A DNA stretch of 57,102 bases from IMG/VR virus record IMGVR_UViG_2049941000_000836; one strand, written 5' to 3'. The position numbers and the translations under genes are program-made. This stretch comes from an uncultured virus (IMG/VR IMGVR_UViG_2049941000_000836) (taxonomy: Duplodnaviria > Heunggongvirae > Uroviricota > Caudoviricetes). This document shows, piece after piece, positions 16,376 to 26,048 of the stretch; position 1 is the first letter of the stretch, and each line of letters opens with the position of its first letter. A model generated the notes under the pieces. That model ran no database searches. It saw only the letters and a list, made by a program, of their open reading frames with translations, and had not been told where the DNA came from.

Positions 16376-19300
16376 GACCTCACCTCCATAGCTTTGCGTA
16401 TTGCTCTTGCTGTCTGCGCAGGAGACTGCACAGGCTGATAAATATTGATGGTCGGGTTGTAATTGCTGTTATTCGTAACGCTACTGTTCGTAACGCTGCC
16501 GCCGACGTTTGCGTGACCCCATGCCATTTTTCCGGCTTGGAAATCGACCTCGGCTCTCATGCCGCTGGTAAGCCCTTTAATATCGTCCAGAACGTCTGTT
16601 TTGACGTTTGCCATCTCTTTCTCGAAGCCGATTCCGAAGCCCTGAGCGACAAATTTGCCGTAGCCTTTTGTAACCTTTGACGGCGAGGAAATGCCGAAAA
16701 TGCTTTTTAGTCCGTTCAACACAGATTTTCCGAATCCCTTGATTTTATCGAGAATCCATTTTGTGCAGTCCTTAATACCGTTCCACAATCCTTGTATAAG
16801 GTTCTTGCCGACTTCCTTGATCTTGTCAAATCCGTCCTTAAAGGCTCCGACAATCGCTGTGATTATCTGCGGAATAGCTTTTACGATGGTTGCGATAATT
16901 TGAGGTAACGCCTTTACAAGCGATACAAGCAGCTTGATTCCTGCCTGTATGATCTGCGGGATAGCATTGAATAACGCCTTGATTATGCTTGTAATAATCT
17001 TGGGGATGGCTGCTACAATCGCTACGATGATTCGCGGAAGTGCTTTCACGAGCGAAATAAACAGGTCTATTCCGGCTTGGATAATGAGCGGAATGCTGTC
17101 TATCAATGCCGAAATGATAGACATAATAATCTGCGGAATGGCTGCGACTATCGCAATTATGATTTGCGGAAGTGCTGCAATAAGAGATACAAACAGGTTG
17201 ATTCCGCATTCTATAAGCAAGGGTATCAAGCCGATAAGGGTCTCGATAACGGATGCAATAATTACCGGAAGTACGCTTACAATTGCGTAGATTATATCCG
17301 GTAAAGCTCCTACCAGTCCAACGAAAAGTTGTACGCCGCAGTCCACCAACATTGGCAGCATTTCAAGCAGCTTTGTAACAATTTCGTTGATGATCGGTGG
17401 TAACGCCAGAACAATTGTGTTTATGATCGTCGGAAGGTCTTGTACCAGTGATGTCAGTAAAGATATGCCGGTCTCGATGATGACCGGGAGTAATGCCATA
17501 AGTCCGTCTGCTATGCTCTGCACAAGCGACGGAAGTATCTCTACAATTCCGAGAATCATCTCGGGAAGTGCGTTGACAATTGCACTGATAAAACCTGCTA
17601 CGCAATCTAAGAGCTTAGGAATAAGCGTGACAAGTCCGTCTACAAGTAGCTGCACCAAATCCGGCAGCATTTCGACCAGTCCCATGAACAGGTCGAGCGC
17701 AGCGTCCAAAAGGGTGTTTATCAAGTTGGATGCACAGTCTACCAACATTGGCAACGACTGATTCAATCCGGCGATAAATGATAAAATGCCCTGTTGCGCT
17801 GCTCCGATAAGTGACGGGAGCGCGTTCGTAATTCCTTCGCATAAAGAGTTAAGCAAATCGACTCCGGCTGCTGCTATATCCGGGAGATAGTCTGCGATTG
17901 CCGTTCCTATGCCAACAAGCCCGTCTGCGAACGACTGTGTTATGTTCCCGGCGTTGGCTGCGAGTCCTTTGCAGAGCGAAACAATAAGCTCTCCTCCGAG
18001 CCTGATAAGATCGCTCTCAACAGTTAAAAGTCCGTCTATGAGAACGGAAATAAGACTGGTTGCTGATTCGGCTATCTGCCCTGCTGACTGAGCCAATCCT
18101 TGCACAAGCGAGGAAACAAGCTGTATGCCGCATTCTACGAATTTCGGGACGTACTCAACAATTTTCGTTATGCCGTCGCTCAGGAAGTTGCTGAGCGCGT
18201 CCATAGCTCCGGCAAGACCGTTCTCTTTGAATCCTGCCGTAATATCGGAAAGCCCTTTTGAGCCAAGCTGCACAAACTCTCGCAGCGTAGGCGTGAGCGC
18301 GTCCGAAATAACGATTTGTGCGCCCTCTAATGCAGACTGGAAAAGGGTAATGTCTCCGGCGAGATTGTCGAGCTGAGTATCAGCCATTGCCTGAGCTGCT
18401 CCGGTCGTATTATCGAATGCTTTCTGTAATACGGAGAGATCGCCGCCGAGAGCGTCTATAACATCGGATTCCTTTACCCCTGCGTCTGCTGACTCCAATA
18501 GCATTTCTTTGAAATACTCGGCATCTCCACCCGATTCAGCGAGAATTTCGGAAAATACATCAGCAGAAATTCCGAGAGCGGAGATCCTTTTTTCTACGTC
18601 GGAGTATGTAATTCCGACGTCTTTCATGCTCGATGTCAGAGAATCGGTTGTGTACCATGCGCCGTCAATAGCGTTCGACAGTTCGTTCCAACGGTCTTTT
18701 GAAGTCGCCAAAAGCGCATTAACGTCCTTGATGTCCGCTTTGTTGAATATGTTGCTGATGATTCTGGTTTTCTGCTTGTCAGTCATGCCGTCCATGGCAC
18801 TGTTGAGATCGCCGAAAATATCAACAAGCGGTCGCATTTTACCTGTTGCCGCATCGTATGCGTCAACACCAAGATTCTTCAGTTCTTCTGCCGCTTTATC
18901 GGTCGGAGCGCCAAGCGACAAAAGAATATTGCGGAGCTTTGTACCACCCTCTGCTCCCTTTGTGCCGTTGTCGGCGAGTATGCCGAGTGCTGTTGATAGC
19001 TCTGTGGTACCTCCGGCAAGGTTCTTCGCAGTACCACCAACGGTAAGAATAGCCTCGCCGAGCTGCGCCACACTGGTGTTACTCTTTGACGATGCCTTTG
19101 CCATCTTATCGACCAGTGCGGAAGTATCTTCAAGCGATAGTCCGAGTGCCGATTGCGAGTCGGTTATCATGTCGGATGCGGAGGCGAGTTCCATTCCTCC
19201 GGCTGCTGCAAGGTTAAGCACATTTGGCAGCATATTCATAGACGTTTTCGCGTCGTAACCGGCAAGTGCCATGTAGTTCAATGCGTCTGCTGCCTGTGTC

Positions 19301-19590
19301 GCCGAGAATGCGGTTTTACTGCCCATCTCCATCGCAAACTCTCTCAGCTCGTCTATCTGGTCTACCGTTGTTCCCATCGTCGCGGCAACCTGTGACATAC
19401 TGCTGTCGAACTGCATACCGGCTTTTACGGCTTGCCCTCCGATTAGGGTTATAGCCGTCGCTGCTGCTCCGACTATCGCTGTCGTAGCTTTAAGTGCGCC
19501 TTTTGCAATCGTTCCGACCTTTGATATACCGGATTCAAATCCTTTTGTGTCGATCTTGGTGTCAAATTTTAAAGTGCCATCATAGCCCAT
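16372..19590 (-). CDS. Tail tape measure protein
   Basis: 1072 aa; TP901-type core (T.FSATQAADALNYMALAG); amphipathic repeats. Confidence 0.95.
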   Translation of the reverse strand: MGYDGTLKFDTKIDTKGFESGISKVGTIAKGALKATTAIVGAAATAITLIGGQAVKAGMQFDSSMSQVAATMGTTVDQIDELREFAMEMGSKTAFSATQAADALNYMALAGYDAKTSMNMLPNVLNLAAAGGMELASASDMITDSQSALGLSLEDTSALVDKMAKASSKSNTSVAQLGEAILTVGGTAKNLAGGTTELSTALGILADNGTKGAEGGTKLRNILLSLGAPTDKAAEELKNLGVDAYDAATGKMRPLVDIFGDLNSAMDGMTDKQKTRIISNIFNKADIKDVNALLATSKDRWNELSNAIDGAWYTTDSLTSSMKDVGITYSDVEKRISALGISADVFSEILAESGGDAEYFKEMLLESADAGVKESDVIDALGGDLSVLQKAFDNTTGAAQAMADTQLDNLAGDITLFQSALEGAQIVISDALTPTLREFVQLGSKGLSDITAGFKENGLAGAMDALSNFLSDGITKIVEYVPKFVECGIQLVSSLVQGLAQSAGQIAESATSLISVLIDGLLTVESDLIRLGGELIVSLCKGLAANAGNITQSFADGLVGIGTAIADYLPDIAAAGVDLLNSLCEGITNALPSLIGAAQQGILSFIAGLNQSLPMLVDCASNLINTLLDAALDLFMGLVEMLPDLVQLLVDGLVTLIPKLLDCVAGFISAIVNALPEMILGIVEILPSLVQSIADGLMALLPVIIETGISLLTSLVQDLPTIINTIVLALPPIINEIVTKLLEMLPMLVDCGVQLFVGLVGALPDIIYAIVSVLPVIIASVIETLIGLIPLLIECGINLFVSLIAALPQIIIAIVAAIPQIIMSIISALIDSIPLIIQAGIDLFISLVKALPRIIVAIVAAIPKIITSIIKALFNAIPQIIQAGIKLLVSLVKALPQIIATIVKAIPQIITAIVGAFKDGFDKIKEVGKNLIQGLWNGIKDCTKWILDKIKGFGKSVLNGLKSIFGISSPSKVTKGYGKFVAQGFGIGFEKEMANVKTDVLDDIKGLTSGMRAEVDFQAGKMAWGHANVGGSVTNSSVTNNSNYNPTINIYQPVQSPAQTARAIRKAMEVRS

Positions 19591-19639
19591 GATTTTCGCC
19601 TCCCTTCGTGGGAACAGAAGTCATCGGCTCATAATGGCT

Positions 19640-19810
19640 CTACTTGATCTGCTGTTTTCCTTTTGTAATTTTGACCTCGAAAACCTTTTTGCAGTTTCTC
19701 CCTTTGCAGGTTATGTGTATTCCCGTACACTCAGCGTTTTCGTCGTAGAACACAGGCATTCTGTACCCGCAATAAGGACATCTGACCTGTATTCGTTTTG
19801 GTCTATTCAT
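19640..19810 (-). CDS. 56-aa Com-like zinc-ribbon protein
   Basis: Manual translation MNRPKRIQVRCPYCGYRMP...ITCKGRNCKKVFEVKI; four Cys ligands; not in the ORF track. Confidence 0.75.
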   Translation of the reverse strand: MNRPKRIQVRCPYCGYRMPVFYDENAECTGIHITCKGRNCKKVFEVKITKGKQQIK

Positions 19811-20453
19811 CGTTGTTTTTGCGGAGTATTGCGTCTACGTCGCCTCCGTTCATCAATGCTGCTAAAAGTGCCTCCGATTCTTCCAATTCCTTTTCGGGTA
19901 TTGGCAAGGCATGTTCTGCTTTCATTTTTCGATAGAAGCTCTTTTGCTCCTCTGACATTTTCGGGGATATTTGGATGGTTCTGTAACCCATGATCTTGAC
20001 GATCTCACAATCCTCTGTCAGTGCGCGAAACAAGGCTCTAAATTCCCACCAGTGCAAATATTCAATCTCTACAAGATTTATTCCGTACTGCTGTCGGAAT
20101 GCTGCATAGATGTATTCATCGTCATAATCGAATGAATACTGCCGGTTCTGGCTGCTGCTGTCATCGTCCCTGTCGGATGATCGTCTACGCAGTCGTAGGT
20201 GTCGCTCTTTCTCAGTGCGTCCGCAGCCAAAAAACCACAATATCGCAGAAAAAACGTCCTGGAGACTTTCGCGTCCGGGGTAGCCATTCGGGAAGTATAT
20301 CCCTATAGCTTTTTCTGCTTTGGTGCTCAGGTCGATTTCATCATCCTGCATGAGTAATTCAAAAAGAATGGAGGCTCGGAAGTCCGAATTGATCTCGTAC
20401 TCCCTGCCTCCTATTCGCACACTTGTCGGTGGTAAATCAAGCAGTAAGTTCAT
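19803..20453 (-). CDS. Gp15-family tail assembly protein
   Basis: INSDFR, YIYAAFRQQYGINL, LHWWEFRALF. Confidence 0.9.
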   Translation of the reverse strand: MNLLLDLPPTSVRIGGREYEINSDFRASILFELLMQDDEIDLSTKAEKAIGIYFPNGYPGRESLQDVFSAILWFFGCGRTEKERHLRLRRRSSDRDDDSSSQNRQYSFDYDDEYIYAAFRQQYGINLVEIEYLHWWEFRALFRALTEDCEIVKIMGYRTIQISPKMSEEQKSFYRKMKAEHALPIPEKELEESEALLAALMNGGDVDAILRKNNDE

Positions 20454-20848
20454 TTTCTGCGCTTTTTGTTATTGTATCGCCTCTGTGAGCGATTGGCTGC
20501 ACGGTCTGAAAGTCGGTCAATATTGTATTTCTTGCCGATTTCGTCCATTTCGCTGCGCAAAGATCGTGTAGCTGCTGCAATCTCGGTGTATGCTTCGAAA
20601 TGCTTTCCGAGGTGATTGCTGTCGCCGAATATCCTTGCTGCCGTTCCATCTCCGAAGAACTTGTCGAAAAATTCCCTGATGTACTTGCACTGGAGCTTCA
20701 TTGCGGCTGATGTGGTCAAGCCCTCATACTGATTAGGCTGCTGAAATTTATCCATGCATTCCTGATTCAGCTGCTCAAACCTCTCCATTTCGTCAGCGTC
20801 CAAAAGGTCAAGTTCGAGGTCTACGCCGTTGATCGTGATCGTCTTCAT
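20450..20848 (-). CDS. Tail assembly chaperone
   Basis: FFDKFFGDGTA..IF; C-terminal NRSQRR; position after tail tube. Confidence 0.8.
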   Translation of the reverse strand: MKTITINGVDLELDLLDADEMERFEQLNQECMDKFQQPNQYEGLTTSAAMKLQCKYIREFFDKFFGDGTAARIFGDSNHLGKHFEAYTEIAAATRSLRSEMDEIGKKYNIDRLSDRAANRSQRRYNNKKRRK

Positions 20849-20873
20849 GTCCGATTACCTCCGAGAAGAATAA

Positions 20874-21386
20874 TTAAGTGGTTGCGGGTGTCGCCGTAAA
20901 TGTCGGTGTGGATGCCGTGTTGAATGTGCCGTCAATCGGGTCTCCGATTGCGTTCAGAGAACCGGAAATGGTCTGCTTGTTGTCGCCGGAGAAAGAGGAA
21001 ACTTCGACCGACACGGTGAATTTTCTGGCGGTAAATGTGTTAGCCACCGGAGTACCGTTGTTCTGTACCTGATTCCACAGTTCGACACGGCAATACTCGC
21101 GGACAGCCTCGCTGCCGACACCGTGATTTCTGGCAATCTTGTAAATATCATCGATGGCTGCTTCACTCATGATCTGCTCAGCCTCGAACGGGAATTTGGT
21201 CTCGTAGCTGACGACCTCGGAGCTTGCCGCCTTATCGCAAACATACTTGACGGACTCGGACTGCGCTCCGGGTTCCTCGTTGATCTGTGTAAAACCTGCG
21301 CCCATGAACACCCATGACGGGGTTTCCGTTGTGCCGATGTTAAGGTAGTCGGCATACTGGTGTCTTTTGATAACGTCTCTTGCCAT
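20874..21386 (-). CDS. Major tail tube protein
   Basis: AGGAGG RBS before MARDVIKRH; ends GDPIDGTFNT. Confidence 0.85.
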   Translation of the reverse strand: MARDVIKRHQYADYLNIGTTETPSWVFMGAGFTQINEEPGAQSESVKYVCDKAASSEVVSYETKFPFEAEQIMSEAAIDDIYKIARNHGVGSEAVREYCRVELWNQVQNNGTPVANTFTARKFTVSVEVSSFSGDNKQTISGSLNAIGDPIDGTFNTASTPTFTATPATT

Positions 21387-21390
21387 GATG

Positions 21391-21816
21391 CTAAACCTCC
21401 TTGTAATAGTCAAGTTGTAATTGTATTCTGTACCTCGCGTTTTTCATACTCGCGTCGTAAATATAGCCGGGGGAAAGTACCGTCATTGCCCTCGGATAAC
21501 ATTTCTCCGGCATTTCCGGGTAGTTTTCTGCTCGGTCTTGCTCCTCAATCCACTCGGCAAAATCCTCGTAGAATGTACTGTTCTCGATGTTCTGCAATCT
21601 GTCCATCGAGTAGTATTCCCGGCTGCCGAAGTTGAATTGATACATCCGCTCCGTATCACCGTTGACATATCGCTGTATGATCGGATTGAAAATGCCGGTT
21701 TCAATCGTGTATTCAATACCGGTGTCTCCCAATGCGTCTACGCGAAATGCTCCGTCTCGCAGAAGCGGACAATCCAAAAAGAACTTCGTGATTCCTTCGA
21801 TAATTGAATTTACCAT
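21391..21816 (-). CDS. Tail terminator / minor structural protein
   Basis: Position; ARYRIQLQLDYY C-terminus. Confidence 0.75.
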   Translation of the reverse strand: MVNSIIEGITKFFLDCPLLRDGAFRVDALGDTGIEYTIETGIFNPIIQRYVNGDTERMYQFNFGSREYYSMDRLQNIENSTFYEDFAEWIEEQDRAENYPEMPEKCYPRAMTVLSPGYIYDASMKNARYRIQLQLDYYKEV

Positions 21817-21817
21817 G

Positions 21818-22165
21818 TCACTCTATTTGCTGCGCTCCTCTCAGTATAGCTTCTCGATGGGCTACTTTCATGCGCTCAAACCAATGCGCACCACGGTTCG
21901 GGTCGTATGGTCTGCTTTCCGCTGTATCGTAGTATTGGAATGCTGCATATACCGCAAGATATTTGATTTCGCCGCTGCCGATGATCGTTCCCATTTTGGC
22001 AGAATTGATGAGGTATCTGGTCTGCAATGGGATAAGAGGTTCACATACTCTGAGTACCTGCGAGTCAACAAACTTTTGCCTACGGGTCATAAGTCCGTTG
22101 TATCTTGCTCCGAATGTCGAGTCCCACGTTAGCCCTCTCGTATTGTGTGGCTGCTTGATTGCCAT
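21818..22165 (-). CDS. Minor capsid/neck protein
   Basis: P..T..L..SA and YA..QYY...RGAHWFERMK. Confidence 0.75.
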   Translation of the reverse strand: MAIKQPHNTRGLTWDSTFGARYNGLMTRRQKFVDSQVLRVCEPLIPLQTRYLINSAKMGTIIGSGEIKYLAVYAAFQYYDTAESRPYDPNRGAHWFERMKVAHREAILRGAQQIE

Positions 22166-22169
22166 AACA

Positions 22170-22631
22170 CTAAGCTCCTCCGATGCGCCAATGCTGCACT
22201 CTCGGACTGCCTCTGCGGGTATTGTCGGCATAGTCGATAATATGCACAATGCAATCCGTAGCGTTCGAGGCTGCCAGTGCGTCCACTTCCGGTCTCGTAA
22301 GGATAGAGTCGGTCTGCACATTGGCTGCCGTTCCGTTTAGGACGATGATAATATCCTCGGTGTGCAGCGTCCAATATCCTGATGCCTCTCCTACTGTCAG
22401 TGTGTCGTACTGAGATTCGGTTATATATCCCTTGTTACTCTCTATCTGTGCATTGATAGGGATTCGGATTTTATAGGTGTAATCCGGTGAGTGGATGCCC
22501 TTGCTGTCTCTTGATTGTCGATTGTGGTAAAAAGAGACGCCGGAAATCTGTGTAGGTAAATACACGTCTCTCCGGCTCTCCCTGTCGAGCTTTTTATTGA
22601 GCAGAATGATGTTGAAATTAGCTCCAATCAT
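22170..22631 (-). CDS. Head-closure protein
   Basis: WTL...DII and DNT.RGS..VQHWRIGG; head-tail position. Confidence 0.75.
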   Translation of the reverse strand: MIGANFNIILLNKKLDRESRRDVYLPTQISGVSFYHNRQSRDSKGIHSPDYTYKIRIPINAQIESNKGYITESQYDTLTVGEASGYWTLHTEDIIIVLNGTAANVQTDSILTRPEVDALAASNATDCIVHIIDYADNTRRGSPRVQHWRIGGA

Positions 22632-22998
22632 CGTCTCTCACCCCTCTGAACATCAGTCCGGTGACAGCGAGGTAGGTGCGGATGGTGGTGTGTATTTCCC
22701 GCTGCTGCGAAATGCTGTCGCCAATATCCCGATAGCTGACGGAATATCCGTCGTTATTCTCGGATGCGTAGTTTCCTTCTTCTTCGATGGTGGAAATTTT
22801 ATGCATTCTTTCGGCAACGTCACAAACAGCGTCGCGCACTTCATCGGGTATCTCGTCATCGGTCTTTCGTTTCAGCCGACCAAAGGTGACATGATCTATT
22901 TCGGCAGAGGCTTTTTTGGCGTACTTCGGGAACTCGGACTCAGGGATTGAGTTCCCTCCGTATTCACCAACGTAATAAGCGTATGTTGCATACGTCAT
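22618..22998 (-). CDS. Head-tail connector/adaptor
   Basis: YATYAYY...Y.G, SENNDGYSVSY, YL..TGLMFRG. Confidence 0.85.
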   Translation of the reverse strand: MTYATYAYYVGEYGGNSIPESEFPKYAKKASAEIDHVTFGRLKRKTDDEIPDEVRDAVCDVAERMHKISTIEEEGNYASENNDGYSVSYRDIGDSISQQREIHTTIRTYLAVTGLMFRGVRDDDWS

Positions 22999-23019
22999 TA
23001 TTCGGCTGCCTCCTCGATG

Positions 23020-23298
23020 TTATTCTTTCTTGCTGCGCTTGCTCTCCGGCTTGGTTTCTGTCTCAGCGCCTATCATCGTGTTTTCCTTTGCAGCCGCCGC
23101 AGCAGCTTCAAGCTCTGCGACTCTCTGGCGAAGCTGCTGCACTTCCGTCTGGAGATTGCGGATGGTGGTGTCCTTATCCTCCGGCTGATAAATCATCGTG
23201 CCGCCGGGAGTAGTGATCGTATATCCGAGCTGCTTATATTCGTCCACTTTTTCATCAGGGATTCTTACGACTCTGTTTGCTTTTCTCGCCTTATACAT
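23020..23298 (-). CDS. Small capsid-associated protein
   Basis: KANRVVRI.......Y..LGY plus coiled coil; follows the capsid gene. Confidence 0.7.
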   Translation of the reverse strand: MYKARKANRVVRIPDEKVDEYKQLGYTITTPGGTMIYQPEDKDTTIRNLQTEVQQLRQRVAELEAAAAAAKENTMIGAETETKPESKRSKKE

Positions 23299-23442
23299 TA
23301 CTTTTTCGCCTCCCTGCCGCGACAGCCTACCGGGGTCTGGTTNNNNNNNNNNNNNNNNNNNNNNNNNNNNNNNNNNNNNNNNNNNNNNNNNNNNNNNNNN
23401 NNNGCTGCCGCAGCGTTTGATTTATGGATTGGACGCCGTTTC

Positions 23443-24486
23443 TCAGGCGTTATGGGTGTAGTAGGTCTTACCCGCCTGTACCGTGGTGTCATCGGACAGA
23501 ACGTAGCTGCCGTTGATTTTCTCGTAGTAGTTGCTGGTGTGCGGGTTGCCGGTCGGAGAAGCGACAGCAGTGTAGACAGAGGCGGTATTGGTGATGTTGA
23601 AGGCGATTGCGTCCTTGCGATTCGGCAGAACGAATACATCCTCAAAGCTCTCCTCGAAGTACTCCCATTTGCCCTGTGAACCTGCCGAGGGCGGGTCAAG
23701 CTGTGCAAATTCGTAGCTGATAGGAGTGATGACAGCCTGCGGATGGACGAGGAACATATTGATCTGCTGCGCGTCATCATCCACAGCCCAACCCTCGGTG
23801 AAGTCGTAGAGGGTCTTCATCATGTCCGAAGGAACAGAGGGCGGGATTCTCACTTCGTCGATGGCAGTAATGCCGCGAGAGATTGCGGACGAGTTTGCCT
23901 GCAGGTCGATGTGGCGGTAAATCTGCTTTGCATTGTTGATAAGTGTGCGTACCTCCGGGGTGACGTACAGAATACGACCCTGTCTCGGTACGCGCTTATC
24001 GTCCATATCCTGCATCATCTGGTCGAAGATTTCAAGGACGTTGTTCGCGGTGAGCGCAGTGGTGTTCGGGGTACGAGCGGTCGCGCCCGTGCCGCACCAG
24101 TCGGAGAACACCTTCGACACAAGGTAGGCGTTCATTTCCGGGAATTTCTGCGTATCGTTGAATACACGGGTAATGTTGGCGATAGACGCTACCTGATTGG
24201 TTTCATCAACGTCGCGGGGATGCACAAGGGTACTCCACTGGCGGTGATTCTCCAGGGTAAGGGTTTTCCATGCGTTGTCGTAATTCCTGCGTCTGGTGCC
24301 GATGGTGTCGCGGTCACCGTCCGTGCGTCCGGTGGTGCTCAGCGAGGGAATCTCGATAGAGCGTGAGTTAATCCATCTGTATCTGCCATTGTTGGGAGTG
24401 GCGAACAGATCGCCGAAGTAAAGCACATAGGGAAATTCCTGTTCCAGTGCCGAGAAATATTCGGTTGCGTAGTTAAGTGTAGCCAT
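23443..24486 (-). CDS. Major capsid protein
   Basis: Follows scaffold; LNYA..Y...L start; 347 aa. Confidence 0.9.
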   Translation of the reverse strand: MATLNYATEYFSALEQEFPYVLYFGDLFATPNNGRYRWINSRSIEIPSLSTTGRTDGDRDTIGTRRRNYDNAWKTLTLENHRQWSTLVHPRDVDETNQVASIANITRVFNDTQKFPEMNAYLVSKVFSDWCGTGATARTPNTTALTANNVLEIFDQMMQDMDDKRVPRQGRILYVTPEVRTLINNAKQIYRHIDLQANSSAISRGITAIDEVRIPPSVPSDMMKTLYDFTEGWAVDDDAQQINMFLVHPQAVITPISYEFAQLDPPSAGSQGKWEYFEESFEDVFVLPNRKDAIAFNITNTASVYTAVASPTGNPHTSNYYEKINGSYVLSDDTTVQAGKTYYTHNA

Positions 24487-24514
24487 AAAATTTTAGCCTC
24501 CTGATAATCTGAAA

Positions 24515-25201
24515 TTATTTCGACTCAGGTTCACGGATGCGGGTAAATCCGAAGTTGAATTTCGGCGCATCGCCGGTGCTTGCTACGCCGCCATTCGTCC
24601 CAGTGGTGAATGTCGGTTTGCGCTGACCGCCGCCTCCATTCTCTCCGTGATTTCCGTCGCCGTTGCCGGTTGAGTCAGGTTTCGGCGCGACAAATGCGCC
24701 TTTGTAGTCATCATTTTCCATGAGTGACTGCATAAATTCTTTTCCACCGAGAATCACGCCGTCCTCGATCTTGAACTGCTTTGACCGGAGTTCTGCCAGT
24801 ACGCCGTTTCTGGCTGCTTTACTGGTGAAATGGTAGCCGGACAAGAACATTTCCTCTGCGTGAGAACGTGCCTGAGCCGCAAGCTGATCTCTAAGCTGCT
24901 TTGTATCGGTGTTGTACTTGGTCTCCCAATCGGAGACGGACTTCCTGATACTTTCAACGTCCTGACCCTCGAAAGTCTTGATCGTGCTATTTGCAGCTTC
25001 GAGCTGTTTCTGTACCCCTCTGAGTTCAGTATCTTTTGCGTCGTACTTCTCTCTGGCGATATAGCCGCCGTCTTTCAGGTTTGCGAGGCTTATGCCTTTG
25101 TCAGCTTCGATTGCCGCTTCAAGCTCTTCATAGGTCAATGCTTTGGGCTGCTCACCGTCTTTCGGTGTTCCGAAAAGTCTTGCGAGATATTCGTATTTCA
25201 T
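24515..25201 (-). CDS. Capsid scaffolding protein (GP20 family)
   Basis: GGAGG RBS before MKYEYL; coiled coil; Gly-rich tail. Confidence 0.85.
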   Translation of the reverse strand: MKYEYLARLFGTPKDGEQPKALTYEELEAAIEADKGISLANLKDGGYIAREKYDAKDTELRGVQKQLEAANSTIKTFEGQDVESIRKSVSDWETKYNTDTKQLRDQLAAQARSHAEEMFLSGYHFTSKAARNGVLAELRSKQFKIEDGVILGGKEFMQSLMENDDYKGAFVAPKPDSTGNGDGNHGENGGGGQRKPTFTTGTNGGVASTGDAPKFNFGFTRIREPESK

Positions 25202-25264
25202 GTGTGGGTTGCCTCCATTTTTCGCTGATTTTTTTAAACGTCGGTTCACTCCGACATCTGCTAT

Positions 25265-25356
25265 TGGTCGTTTATATCCCCGACCACAAGGGAATGCGCT
25301 ATTTATATCCCTTACGCTTTGGGAATGATGTGGTTTATATGCCATACATCAGGGCA
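25265..25356 (-). ncRNA. Three tandem pseudoknot units in the scaffold leader
   Basis: Each unit has T(G/C)CC/GG(C/G)A stem 1, a variable stem 2 and a TATAAA loop. Confidence 0.6.
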
Positions 25357-25563
25357 AAAACAAAAAAGCAAGCATATTTTTTTCTGCTTGACTCTCTGAA
25401 TGACCGTGCTTTTCGCTCAGGCTGTCTCTCAGACGATTTTTTGTCGCGAGCGTAATTTTTCCTTACCTGAAAAATAAAAGCCTCTCAGGGCGATTCTGGA
25501 CGATTTTCAAGGATGTCCTCTTGCTGTCATGCGTTTTGCCTCCTCTTTTCTGAAAATTCTATC

Positions 25564-25764
25564 TTATCCTGCGAGTCTGGCTATCGAATAGGTGAGGTAT
25601 GCCACCAACAATATGCCGCCTCCGACTTCAAATCTCAGCAGCCATTTTTCCGCGCTGCTTTCTGACTGTGGAATAAGTCTGTGCAGCTTGTTCGTGATAA
25701 TAGCTCCGGCTATCCATGCCACCGTGAGCATGACGAACATATCGAATCTGGTGACGCTGCTCAT
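25564..25764 (-). CDS. Small two-TM membrane protein
   Basis: Two hydrophobic segments; ATGA coupling. Confidence 0.6.
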   Translation of the reverse strand: MSSVTRFDMFVMLTVAWIAGAIITNKLHRLIPQSESSAEKWLLRFEVGGGILLVAYLTYSIARLAG

Positions 25765-26048
25765 GCTTCGTCTCCCATCGTAATCTTTGTGTAGCGGAAA
25801 AGGTCGATACCTTCGAGTTCTGCTCTGACTTCGAGCTGTGTCAGGTATTCGCGCATATAGTATATCTGGCTGTTAAGCACGTCTATCGGGCAGTTCGGCT
25901 TGAAAGGCAGCGTACCCGCCTCATGCTTCACAAGCATTTTGTGGAGATTATTGTAGCGGATTTTCGTCTGCAAATATTCCGCTATAAATCTGTCTTTGTA
26001 GTCGTCTGAGTTCATCAGATCGACCGTATTTTTCAGTGTAATCATCAC
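25761..26048 (-). CDS. crAss001_48-like phage protein
   Basis: MNSDDYKDRFIAEY.Q..IRY...F.P.CP...LE.RA..EGI pattern as recalled. Confidence 0.7.
   Translation of the reverse strand: MMITLKNTVDLMNSDDYKDRFIAEYLQTKIRYNNLHKMLVKHEAGTLPFKPNCPIDVLNSQIYYMREYLTQLEVRAELEGIDLFRYTKITMGDEA

Noticed and set aside
16800..17700. Periodic repeats and long antisense ORFs in the tape-measure gene
   Set aside because: Ordinary amphipathic tape-measure repeats and shadow ORFs
20440..20480. Programmed frameshift between tail chaperone and Gp15
   Set aside because: Genes are ATGA-coupled and no clear slippery heptamer was seen
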